DNA of 64,000 nt from Planctomycetota bacterium (GTDB lineage Bacteria > Planctomycetota > UBA8108 > UBA1146). The notes under the pieces were generated by a model. That model had not been told where the DNA came from. It was given only the letters and a program-made list of their open reading frames with translations, and made no database searches. The translations under genes and the position numbers were made by a program. Below, one piece after another: positions 29,189-37,536 of this stretch; within the stretch, counting starts at the first letter, position 1; every line of letters starts with the position of its first letter. The stretch is taken from contig JACETR010000003.1 of assembly GCA_013911165.1 (NCBI GenBank), positions 170 through 64,169 on the forward strand. Direction: 5' to 3'.

Positions 29189-30748
29189 ATGTCCACCTTG
29201 AACGAATTCAAAATCGAACCCAAGGTCACGATCTTCAGACCAACTGCAGAAGAGTTGCGGGCGATGACGGCAGAAATGCCGAATGCCTTTCATACTTCCT
29301 TCGACAACTACAACGTTCACGCAAAGGTCGACTCGCGCTCGAAAAAGTCGACTTATGTGATCGACGATGATCCGACTCGCCACAGTGACCAGTGCGTCAC
29401 CCGCGAGGAGGCGGATCGCCTGGCTGCCATGCAGGATGAGTTCATTCGTGGCGCAGAGATGATTTGTGTGGATGGATACATCGGTAACCACCCCCAGTAC
29501 CGTACCTCCGCCCGTCTTTGGATTGAAAAAGCCCACGCCAACATTGCAGGTATGCAGAACCTCCTTTATTACCCCCTGGACGGTGACGAGGGAGAAGACT
29601 GGAATCCGACACTGACCGTGGTTTACACCCCCAGCGTCAAGGCAGAGGGTTACCCGGATGATCGTGTCATCACCGTTGACCTCGAGGCCGGTGTGACCCG
29701 CGTCATGAACTCCGATTACTTCGGTGAGTCGAAAAAAGGTGGCCTGCGCATGTGGAATGCCATGGTCTACAACCAGGGCGGCTTGCCCCTTCATGCCGGC
29801 TGCAAGGTGATCCCCGTGGAAGACACGGCAAAGTGCGCCCTGATCGTCGGACTCAGCGGCACAGGAAAGACCACCACGACCTTCACCCGCCAGAACGGTT
29901 CGGGGCCGGTTCAGGATGACTTTGTGGCATGGATGCCGGATGGAGTGATCCAGTCCACCGAGAATGGTTGTTTCGCAAAGACTTTCGCACTCTCAGTAGA
30001 AGATGAGCCGACGATTCACGCCGCTGTTTGTCGTCACGAGTCTTACCTTGAGAACGTGGCACAAAAAGATGATGGAAGTGTCGATTTCTTCGACGAGTCC
30101 TACACACAGAATGGCCGTGCGGTGATCCGCATGCAGGATGTGGACGGTGCCATCGATGCACGGGAAGTTCCCAAGGCGGATTTCCTGCTCATCCTCAACT
30201 GCAACGAAAACATCATCCCGGGAGTTTGCAAACTCGACAACAAGCAGGCAGCAGCCTACTTCATGCTCGGTGAAACCCAGGGAACCAGTGCTGGCGGAAA
30301 AGATGAAGCAGGCAAGTTCCTGCGAGTCCCGGGAACGAATCCTTTCTTCCCGCTGCTCCATGCCCAGCAGGGAAATCGCTTCCTCGAGTTGCTCAAGAAG
30401 CAGCCGTTGGAAGTTTACCTGATGAACACCGGGCGAGTGGGTGGACCCGCCACCGACGATCGCTCGAAAAAGGTTCGCATTCCTCACTCCAGTGCCATCG
30501 TCAAAGGCATTGCTGAGAACACCATTACCTGGGAAGCCGACCCTGATTTCGGATACCAGGTAGCCAGTGCAGTTCCGGGAATTCCTGCTGAGGACATTGG
30601 AATCCTTCAGCCCAGGGTTCTCTACGCTGAGCAAGGCAGGGGTGACGAATACGGCGACCATGTCAGCAGGATCCAGAAGGAGCGTGTCGAGTACATGAAC
30701 TCCTTCCTTGGACTCGACGAGGAGATCATTTCCGCTCTCACCAGTTGA
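29189..30748 (+). CDS. pckA: Phosphoenolpyruvate carboxykinase (ATP)
   Basis: 519-aa ORF with the ATP-PEPCK kinase-1a P-loop GLSGTGKTT, plus DDFVAW, FNCGCFAK-like NGCFAKT, and GVCKLD...AAYFMLGE. Confidence 0.93.
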   Translation: MSTLNEFKIEPKVTIFRPTAEELRAMTAEMPNAFHTSFDNYNVHAKVDSRSKKSTYVIDDDPTRHSDQCVTREEADRLAAMQDEFIRGAEMICVDGYIGNHPQYRTSARLWIEKAHANIAGMQNLLYYPLDGDEGEDWNPTLTVVYTPSVKAEGYPDDRVITVDLEAGVTRVMNSDYFGESKKGGLRMWNAMVYNQGGLPLHAGCKVIPVEDTAKCALIVGLSGTGKTTTTFTRQNGSGPVQDDFVAWMPDGVIQSTENGCFAKTFALSVEDEPTIHAAVCRHESYLENVAQKDDGSVDFFDESYTQNGRAVIRMQDVDGAIDAREVPKADFLLILNCNENIIPGVCKLDNKQAAAYFMLGETQGTSAGGKDEAGKFLRVPGTNPFFPLLHAQQGNRFLELLKKQPLEVYLMNTGRVGGPATDDRSKKVRIPHSSAIVKGIAENTITWEADPDFGYQVASAVPGIPAEDIGILQPRVLYAEQGRGDEYGDHVSRIQKERVEYMNSFLGLDEEIISALTS

Positions 30749-30777
30749 AATGGTGTCCCGTCCGATAGGAACGACGG

Positions 30778-31611
30778 TTGACTCCTGATTCATTCGGTGC
30801 TTTGACCAATATCATCGTGATTCTGCTGACCGTGTTTTACGGTTCGCTGATCACGAGTGAGTTGTTGCATGCCAGAAAAGCTGTATCCACAGCTGATCAG
30901 ACGAAACCTCGCCTTCTCTGGCTCAACCTCGTCTTGTTGCTTCATTTTTCTGTGGTGCTTGCCCGTGGATTTGAAGTGGGATCCTGCCCGGTTGGATCAC
31001 GCTGGGAAGCTCTCTCTTTATTGGCTTTTCTCATCGCGTTTTTGCAGTGGTTTCTGGTGGTGATCAGTAAGGATCGGTCGACACTCCTTTACGGATTGTC
31101 TCTCGCATTTTTACTGCAGTTGGGCTCGACTACTTTCAGTCTGACTTTTGAGGGCCAATCGGTGCCTGTACTCGATTCCATCCGTTCATTGCATGCCTTC
31201 TCTGCTCTTTTCGGAGTTGCGGGTGTGGCGATCGCCGGGATCCATGGAATTCTTTGGGAACTCCTCAGACGTTCGATAAAAAAAGGGCAGTTCGGTGCTC
31301 TGTTCAATCAGCTGTCGAGTCTCGAGTCGCTTTCAAGACTGGTCAAACTCGCAACGGTTATTTCAGCGGTCACTTTGACGATCACTGTCGCGAGCGCGTT
31401 CTTGCTTGTGGATGAATCCAATCGTGATCGTTCATTGGGGTATGAAAGCCTGGCGACACTTCTGACCTGGTTGATCTTTTCCATACTGGCAATCTTTCCC
31501 AGAGCGACCCATAGCGTCACTGTTTGGCGGACATGGTTCTCCATAGCAGGTTTTGCGGTTGTCATCTTTGTGATCGTTTATGGATCCCTGAATGGATTCC
31601 ACGCGGCATGA
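30778..31611 (+). CDS. HemX-like polytopic membrane protein (cytochrome-c-assembly/CcsA-like fold, no obvious WWD motif)
   Basis: 277-aa ORF (TTG start; start uncertain) with ~7 hydrophobic helices. It lies immediately upstream of hemA and overlaps its start by ATGA (31608-31611), as in hemAX-type operons. Function is inferred from context only. Confidence 0.6.
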   Translation: MTPDSFGALTNIIVILLTVFYGSLITSELLHARKAVSTADQTKPRLLWLNLVLLLHFSVVLARGFEVGSCPVGSRWEALSLLAFLIAFLQWFLVVISKDRSTLLYGLSLAFLLQLGSTTFSLTFEGQSVPVLDSIRSLHAFSALFGVAGVAIAGIHGILWELLRRSIKKGQFGALFNQLSSLESLSRLVKLATVISAVTLTITVASAFLLVDESNRDRSLGYESLATLLTWLIFSILAIFPRATHSVTVWRTWFSIAGFAVVIFVIVYGSLNGFHAA

Positions 31612-32888
31612 AGGTCTACAGTCTCACAGTCTGCCACAAGGTTTTCCCGATTGAGTTACGGGAGAAAATCGCTTTCACCGACGAAGAAGCCACGAAGTTT
31701 CTGAAAGATTTGAAAGCCAAGCATTCCATCGAAGAAGCGCTGCTTGTTTCCACCTGTAATCGAACCGAATTATTCATCGGTACAGCGGATGTTCACAGGG
31801 GGCTGACTTCTCTGGAAGAGGTATTGCAGATCTGGGAGAGGGAAAGAAATTTCACGCTGCCACTTTGCCCTCCGCCCAACATCGTCGACCACCACCATTC
31901 GGTGGAGAGACTGCTGAGGGTGACCGCAGGTCTGGAAAGCCAGATCGTCGGTGAGTCAGAAATTCAGGGTCAGGTTCGTAATGCCATGAATCTCTCCGCA
32001 GATGCAGGAGTCAATGGACCCGTGATTCTGAAGTTGTGGGAGAAGGCGTTGCGTTGCGGAAAACGTGTACGCGCTGAAACCCCGCTGGGAGATGGTGCAC
32101 TCTCTGTGGCATACGGAGCGCTGGAAGTCGCAAGAAAGATTTTCGGTGAGTTGTCCAAATTGAATGTGACGATTATTGGTGCAGGAGAGGTCGCTGAGCT
32201 GGTTTTGAAAAACCTTCAGGGGCAACAGACGAAGAGTCTCAAGATTCTCAATCGCAGCCGTGAACGGGCGGAGCATCTTGCCCGGGAATATGACGCCCAG
32301 TTGGGTGGCCTCGATGAGTTGCCACAGGTATTGGCAGGGTCTGATCTGGTAGTGGTCTCTACCGGAGCCAGCGAACCGATCATTACGAATGAATTGGTTC
32401 GGCAGGCACAATCAGAAAGAAAAGGGGGGGCTCTGCTCCTCGTTGATCTGGGGCTTCCTCGGGATGTGGAACAGGAAGCCGGTTCACTGGCAGACGTCTT
32501 TCTTTTCAACCTCGATGATTTGGCCCGCCTCGTGGAAGGCAATCTGCAGAAGCGCAGGGAGGCGATTCCCGAAGCAGAGCAGATCGTTCAGCATGAGTCG
32601 CGGCAGTTTGCAAACTGGCTGGAATCCAGAAGATTGGATCCGGCAATCCGCTCATTGAGGAATGCTCTCGAGTCCGCAGGTCTCAAAGAACTGCAACAGA
32701 TGAAGGAAGAGCTGAATCCAGAAGAGTTTGAGCGTATGGAAAAAGTGGTTCGCAAGGTGATCAATCGCCTCCTTCACAAATCCACTCAGGAACTGAAAGA
32801 GTCTTCTGGACAGTTGGAAAAAGGGTTCCTCTCCCAATTGGAGTCCTTCTTTCAGATTGATCCGAGGAATGAGGAAGAGGCTCCATGA
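31608..32888 (+). CDS. hemA: Glutamyl-tRNA reductase
   Basis: ORF 31524..32888, with the start at ATG 31608 (MKVYSLTVCHK). It has the catalytic-Cys motif VSTCNRTE and the NADPH site IIGAGEVAELV. Confidence 0.92.
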   Translation: MKVYSLTVCHKVFPIELREKIAFTDEEATKFLKDLKAKHSIEEALLVSTCNRTELFIGTADVHRGLTSLEEVLQIWERERNFTLPLCPPPNIVDHHHSVERLLRVTAGLESQIVGESEIQGQVRNAMNLSADAGVNGPVILKLWEKALRCGKRVRAETPLGDGALSVAYGALEVARKIFGELSKLNVTIIGAGEVAELVLKNLQGQQTKSLKILNRSRERAEHLAREYDAQLGGLDELPQVLAGSDLVVVSTGASEPIITNELVRQAQSERKGGALLLVDLGLPRDVEQEAGSLADVFLFNLDDLARLVEGNLQKRREAIPEAEQIVQHESRQFANWLESRRLDPAIRSLRNALESAGLKELQQMKEELNPEEFERMEKVVRKVINRLLHKSTQELKESSGQLEKGFLSQLESFFQIDPRNEEEAP

Positions 32889-33814
32889 AAATTCGATTGG
32901 GAACCCGCGCCAGTTTGCTCGCCAGAACCCAGTCAGGTTGGGTCGCTGATCAATTGCGAGCTCTCGAACCGGGACTTGAGATCGAGGAAGTTCTGATCGA
33001 AACCGGGGGGGACCAGGATCAGGAAACTCCCCTCCATGAAGCGGGAGCACCGGGAGTGTTTACTGCGGAGGTGGAGAGAGCGTTGCTCGATGGTCGCGTG
33101 GACCTTGCAGTTCACTCACTCAAGGATCTGCCGATTCAGCAACCGGAAGGCCTGATTCTTGCGGCGATTCCGGAGAGGGAAGACCCCAGGGATGCGTGGA
33201 TTTCAGCGGACCATGCCTCTCTTGTGGATTTGCCAGAGGGCTCGGTGGTTGCGACGGGATCACTTCGCAGACGGAGCCAGATTCTGCATCGCCATCCACA
33301 TTTAAAGGTGGAGGGGATTCGGGGAAATATCGACACTCGCCTGGCGAAGTATCGTGAACAAGGTGCTGCAGGGTTGATTCTGGCTGCCTCAGGAATGAAC
33401 CGGGTTTCAAGGCAGGGCGATTATCGTGCCCTGATTTCAGTGACGGAGATGACCCCTGCTCCTGGTCAGGGAGCCTTGGCAGTGGAAGTTCGTCAAGCGG
33501 ATGAAGATCTGGTCCGCATCGTTTCAAAGTTGGATCACCTGGAAACCCGCGAGTGTGTGACTGCGGAGCGTGCTCTGTTGTCTGGCCTCGGAGGAGGCTG
33601 TCACCTGCCAGTCGGAGCGATCGCCGGAGTTTCCGGAGACCATCTCAGTCTGTGTGGAGTTCTTGGATCTCTCGACGGTGAGAATCTCGTAAGGTTGTCG
33701 GCAGAGGGACCCAGGACCGACTCCATCGGGATTGGTACCGAGCTTTCAGCGTTGATCCGAAAAACCGGAGGTGAGGAAATTCTCGCCAAACTGGATGCAG
33801 GATTGAATACGTGA
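32885..33814 (+). CDS. hemC: Hydroxymethylbilane synthase (porphobilinogen deaminase)
   Basis: MKIRLGTRASLLARTQ, HSLKDLP, RGNIDTRL, and the Cys-bearing GGGCHLPVGA cofactor loop. The ATGA overlaps the hemA stop. Confidence 0.92.
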   Translation: MKIRLGTRASLLARTQSGWVADQLRALEPGLEIEEVLIETGGDQDQETPLHEAGAPGVFTAEVERALLDGRVDLAVHSLKDLPIQQPEGLILAAIPEREDPRDAWISADHASLVDLPEGSVVATGSLRRRSQILHRHPHLKVEGIRGNIDTRLAKYREQGAAGLILAASGMNRVSRQGDYRALISVTEMTPAPGQGALAVEVRQADEDLVRIVSKLDHLETRECVTAERALLSGLGGGCHLPVGAIAGVSGDHLSLCGVLGSLDGENLVRLSAEGPRTDSIGIGTELSALIRKTGGEEILAKLDAGLNT

Positions 33815-34602
33815 TGGATTCTTCAGAACTTCAGGGGAGTTCCTGGATTCTCACCCGGCCGGCGGAGCGATCCGCACCTTGGGCAAAGTTTCTGGAGAAT
33901 CATGGAGCGCAGGTCCATTGTGATCCGGTTCTCCAATTGAGCCCGTTCAAGGGAGAGATCGACTGGGAGCCGGTCGGCTCCGCTTCCATGTGGGTCTTTT
34001 CCAGTGCGACCACCGTTCGTCACTTCTTTTCGCTGTTGCCCGATTCTTTGTCCTCCTCCTTGAACACAGAAGAGAAACCGTTGTTTGCCGCTGTTGGCCA
34101 AGCCACCGCTGAAGCGATCAGGGTTGCAGGCCAGTCGGTCACCTGTCAGGGGCCCGGGACAGGGGCAGATGATCTGGTTCGGGTCATTCTCTCGGGACCG
34201 AAGGTGGACTCAGCGGTCCACGTGACCAGCGATGCCGGCTTGCCGGTGATTCAACAGGGCCTGACTGACGGCGGCATCCCGTGTGAGCGGGTGGAGGTCA
34301 GTGAATCGACTCGGGTTCCTGATCTGGACATTTCCCGCTGGAAAAACCTCCGCGAAAATTGGAGTGGGATTGTCTACAGCAGTCCTGCCACCGTGGAGGG
34401 GGTTTTGGCCCAATCCGGGCCTTTGGCCGACTGGGTTCGGGCGATTCCCGGGATTGCGGTCGGGGTGAGAACGGCTGAGGCAATGCAGTCTGCCGGGATC
34501 CTCCAGAGACATGTCGCCGCCTCGGCGGACCTCGAAGGGATCTATGAGGCGTGCGTTTCAGTGATTTCTGCTGGTAACATGGGGCCCAACCTGAAAGATT
34601 GA
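33811..34602 (+). CDS. hemD: Uroporphyrinogen-III synthase
   Basis: 263-aa ORF lying between hemC and hemE, with overlapping stop/start codons on both sides. The family is weakly conserved, so the call rests mainly on operon position and size. Confidence 0.7.
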   Translation: MMDSSELQGSSWILTRPAERSAPWAKFLENHGAQVHCDPVLQLSPFKGEIDWEPVGSASMWVFSSATTVRHFFSLLPDSLSSSLNTEEKPLFAAVGQATAEAIRVAGQSVTCQGPGTGADDLVRVILSGPKVDSAVHVTSDAGLPVIQQGLTDGGIPCERVEVSESTRVPDLDISRWKNLRENWSGIVYSSPATVEGVLAQSGPLADWVRAIPGIAVGVRTAEAMQSAGILQRHVAASADLEGIYEACVSVISAGNMGPNLKD

Positions 34603-35684
34603 TGGGGCAGACCTCCCGCAGGGGGTCTGGGGAAAGGGAAAGACTCTTGGATCTCGAAAACTCACTTCTGATTCGCAAACTTCGCCGACAGCCCACCGAG
34701 AGAACTCCGGTCTGGTTCATGCGTCAGGCAGGAAGATACTTGCCGGGCTACCAGCGGATTCGCAAGGGGATGAATTTCCTCGACCTGTGCAAGGATCCTG
34801 ATCTTGCCGCGGAAGTCACCGTCGAACCTCTGGAAGTTCTGAATGTGGATGCCGTGATCATCTTCAGCGACATTCTCGTGCCCCTTGAGGCAATGGGACT
34901 GGGCGTGGAGTTTGGTGATCGTGGACCCTGCATGTCGGATCCCCTGAGTAGCCGTGCAGACATCGATGCTCTGCGAGTCCCGGATCCGGTAGCAGAAACC
35001 GGATTTGTGATGGACGTCATCCGAACCGTTCACCGCCATGTCAATGGGCGGGTCCCTGTCCTCGGCTTTGCGGGGGCTCCCTGGACCCTGACCTGTTATG
35101 CCCTTGAAGGGTCCCCCAGCAGAACTTTCGCCGCTGCCCAAAGGATGCTCTATGAATCTCCGGCGGATGTGCATGTCCTGATGGAAAAGATTGCCGATAC
35201 GGTCACCGAATACCTCAAGGCTCAGATCGCCGCGGGGGCCAACGCCGTGCAGCTTTTCGATTCCTGGGGAGGAATGCTCTCCCACCAGGCGTTCGATGAG
35301 TTCTCTCTCCATTATTGCCGCAGAATCCTCGAAGGACTCGACGGTTGTGGTGTTCCGCGAATTCTATTTATTCGCGGTGCTGGCAGCCACCTTGAAAAGA
35401 TCGCCCGCATGGTCGATGAGGTCGGAGTCGAGGCGGTTGGACTGGATGAAATGATTCCGCCGGAGCAGGCGATCCGGGTCTTTGGAGATCGTTGTGCCCT
35501 GCAGGGCAATCTCCCCCCGCAGGCCCTGTTTGCTCCCCAGGAGGATCTGCTCCAGAGAGTCCGCAACCTGCAAGAGGCGTTCAAGGATCATCCGGGGCAC
35601 GTCTTCAATCTGGGGCATGGCATCCTGCCTCCGACACCTGTGCCAAACGTGCAGGCGGTGGTTCGGGAGATCCGTGGGGAGTGA
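34602..35684 (+). CDS. hemE: Uroporphyrinogen decarboxylase
   Basis: RTPVWFMRQAGRYLPGY, IIFSDILVP and FDSWGG motifs. ATG 34602 overlaps the hemD stop (TGATG). A later TTG start is possible. Confidence 0.93.
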   Translation: MGQTSRRGSGERERLLDLENSLLIRKLRRQPTERTPVWFMRQAGRYLPGYQRIRKGMNFLDLCKDPDLAAEVTVEPLEVLNVDAVIIFSDILVPLEAMGLGVEFGDRGPCMSDPLSSRADIDALRVPDPVAETGFVMDVIRTVHRHVNGRVPVLGFAGAPWTLTCYALEGSPSRTFAAAQRMLYESPADVHVLMEKIADTVTEYLKAQIAAGANAVQLFDSWGGMLSHQAFDEFSLHYCRRILEGLDGCGVPRILFIRGAGSHLEKIARMVDEVGVEAVGLDEMIPPEQAIRVFGDRCALQGNLPPQALFAPQEDLLQRVRNLQEAFKDHPGHVFNLGHGILPPTPVPNVQAVVREIRGE

Positions 35685-37041
35685 TCCCCGCCGACGGATT
35701 GCTGTCATCGGTGGGGGGATCGCAGGTCTCTCTGCTGCCTGGCGACTTCGGCAAGCCGGTGTTGAAGTGGTGCTCTTTGAGTCCTCTTCCAGGCCGGGGG
35801 GTTGGATTCGCACCACTGAGCGGGAGGGTTTTTTACTGGAATGGGGCCCCCATTCGGTGCTCCCTTCCAGTCCCAGGCTGATCCAACTCGCTGAGGAAGC
35901 GGGAATCTCCGATTCATGGACGAGCGCCGCAGGAGCAGCCCGAAGAAGATATGTCTATCGGGCCGGGAAAGCCCGGGCCCTTCCCGGTTCGCCTTTCGGG
36001 ATTCCTTTTTCGACGGCTCTCAGTCCCTTCGGCTGGTTGAGGGTTCTCAGCGAACCTTTCCGCGCCAATGGGGGATCGGAAGAAGAATCGGTGAAGGACT
36101 TTTTCCAAAGGAGGCTGGGGGCGGAAGCTGCGCGGATTCTCGCTGATGCCATGGTCGCGGGTATCAGTGGTGGAGTGCCGGAGGATCTGGAGATGGCCTC
36201 TTTCGCTCCGGCAGTTGCAGAGATGGAGCGCAAACACGGGAGCCTGTTCAAGGGTTTGATTTCGAGATCGCGGCCGAAAGTGGTTCCCTTTCGGGGCACC
36301 GGAACCCTGAAAAGTGGAATGCAGTCTCTTCCCGAAGCACTCGCCCGAGGGCTCGGGGATGCCTATCAGGGAAGCAATACCGTCACCGAAATGTACCGGG
36401 AAAATCACCAATGGAATTTGTTGGTGGAGGGGGCGTACAGCAGGGATACGGATGGCTTTGATGGCGTAATTCTGGCGACCCCCTCAGCGGTCTCTGCAAA
36501 GTTGGCCCGTCCGCATAATTTACGCCTCAGCGGCCTGCTGGAATCAATTTCATACGCCTCCATGGTGCTCGTACAAATCGCATACGATGCCTCAAAGTGC
36601 CGTTTCAAGCCGGATGGCTTCGGTTTCCTCGTTCCCCGCCAGCAATCCCTGCAGATACTCGGAGCGATCTGGTCTTCTTCCATTTTCCCCTGGAGGGCTC
36701 CCTCCGGAAGAGATCTGGCGACCGTCTTCATGGGTGGAACCCGGGATCCCCTCCTGGGAGAAAGGTCCGATGAAGAGATCCTCGAAAGAGCGATTCCTGA
36801 CATGCAACGGGTCCACGGAAGCGGGTTCAATGCGGATTGGTGTGAGGTCGGACGGGCCCCCGTGGCGATTCCACAAGCTCGCAGAGGCCATGGTCGAAAA
36901 GTTTACGCCCTCCGCAATGAGTGCTCCCTCCTGGATGGCCTCGAGCTCGCGGGAGGCTATCTCGATGGCATCTCGCTGGAGAACTGTGCTCGATCGGGCC
37001 AGTGGGCAGCAGAGAGATTGCTTCAGGAAACCGGTTCCTGA
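35674..37041 (+). CDS. hemY: HemY-family FAD-dependent protoporphyrinogen / coproporphyrinogen III oxidase
   Basis: ORF 35482..37041. The upstream part overlaps hemE out of frame, so I take GTG 35674, giving (M)GSDPRRRIAVIGGGIAGLSAAWRL (a Rossmann GxGxxG). The size is ~455 aa and the C-terminal GGYLDGISLENC fits the HemY type. The exact start is uncertain. Confidence 0.85.
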   Translation: MGSDPRRRIAVIGGGIAGLSAAWRLRQAGVEVVLFESSSRPGGWIRTTEREGFLLEWGPHSVLPSSPRLIQLAEEAGISDSWTSAAGAARRRYVYRAGKARALPGSPFGIPFSTALSPFGWLRVLSEPFRANGGSEEESVKDFFQRRLGAEAARILADAMVAGISGGVPEDLEMASFAPAVAEMERKHGSLFKGLISRSRPKVVPFRGTGTLKSGMQSLPEALARGLGDAYQGSNTVTEMYRENHQWNLLVEGAYSRDTDGFDGVILATPSAVSAKLARPHNLRLSGLLESISYASMVLVQIAYDASKCRFKPDGFGFLVPRQQSLQILGAIWSSSIFPWRAPSGRDLATVFMGGTRDPLLGERSDEEILERAIPDMQRVHGSGFNADWCEVGRAPVAIPQARRGHGRKVYALRNECSLLDGLELAGGYLDGISLENCARSGQWAAERLLQETGS

Positions 37042-37536
37042 GGATCACCGGAGGCCTTGATTCCCCTTTCCGCCACAAAAGAAGTGAAAAGAACCGCCGG
37101 AATCACCGGGGGTTGAAATCCCTGGTTTGAGTGGGGGCATGCAAGTTCTTTATGACAGGTGATGTTCGTCACTCGGTGAAAATCCGGGAACGATTTCCGA
37201 ATCTTGCCCCACCCAAACAGCGTGCCCAAAAAAACTTTCAATAAACAGCCTTCAATGGATAACCACCCTAGGCAGATTACCGCTCAGGGATAAATTAGAG
37301 CCACTCTTCCAAAAACAATTCGGCCGGGAATCCCATCCCACAGGGCATGCAACCCATCCCTGGCTGTGGCACCTGCAACAGCCCCCTGTCACTTCGGTGA
37401 CTTTGCATCCCCTGCTTTCTTGGAGCTTCGGCCGTCCTAGACAAGTCAAACCCTGTTGTTTACCGGATTGGGAATTCCCCGGTCCTGAATACACCCTTTG
37501 CGACCTGCATTGTGCAGGTTTATTGGAGGTCAACCC

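Noticed and set aside
27522-30793. Track ORFs 27522..28580(+), 28979..29794(-) and 29993..30793(-), each 266-352 aa.
   Set aside because: Each is antisense to a well-supported gene: the HAD hydrolase or pckA with its GLSGTGKTT P-loop. I treat them as shadow ORFs.
35482-35673. The upstream 64 codons of track ORF 35482..37041 as part of hemY.
   Set aside because: This segment overlaps the well-conserved 3' end of hemE in another frame. The HemY Rossmann motif (IAVIGGGIAG) starts right after GTG 35674, so the shorter model was chosen. The start remains uncertain.
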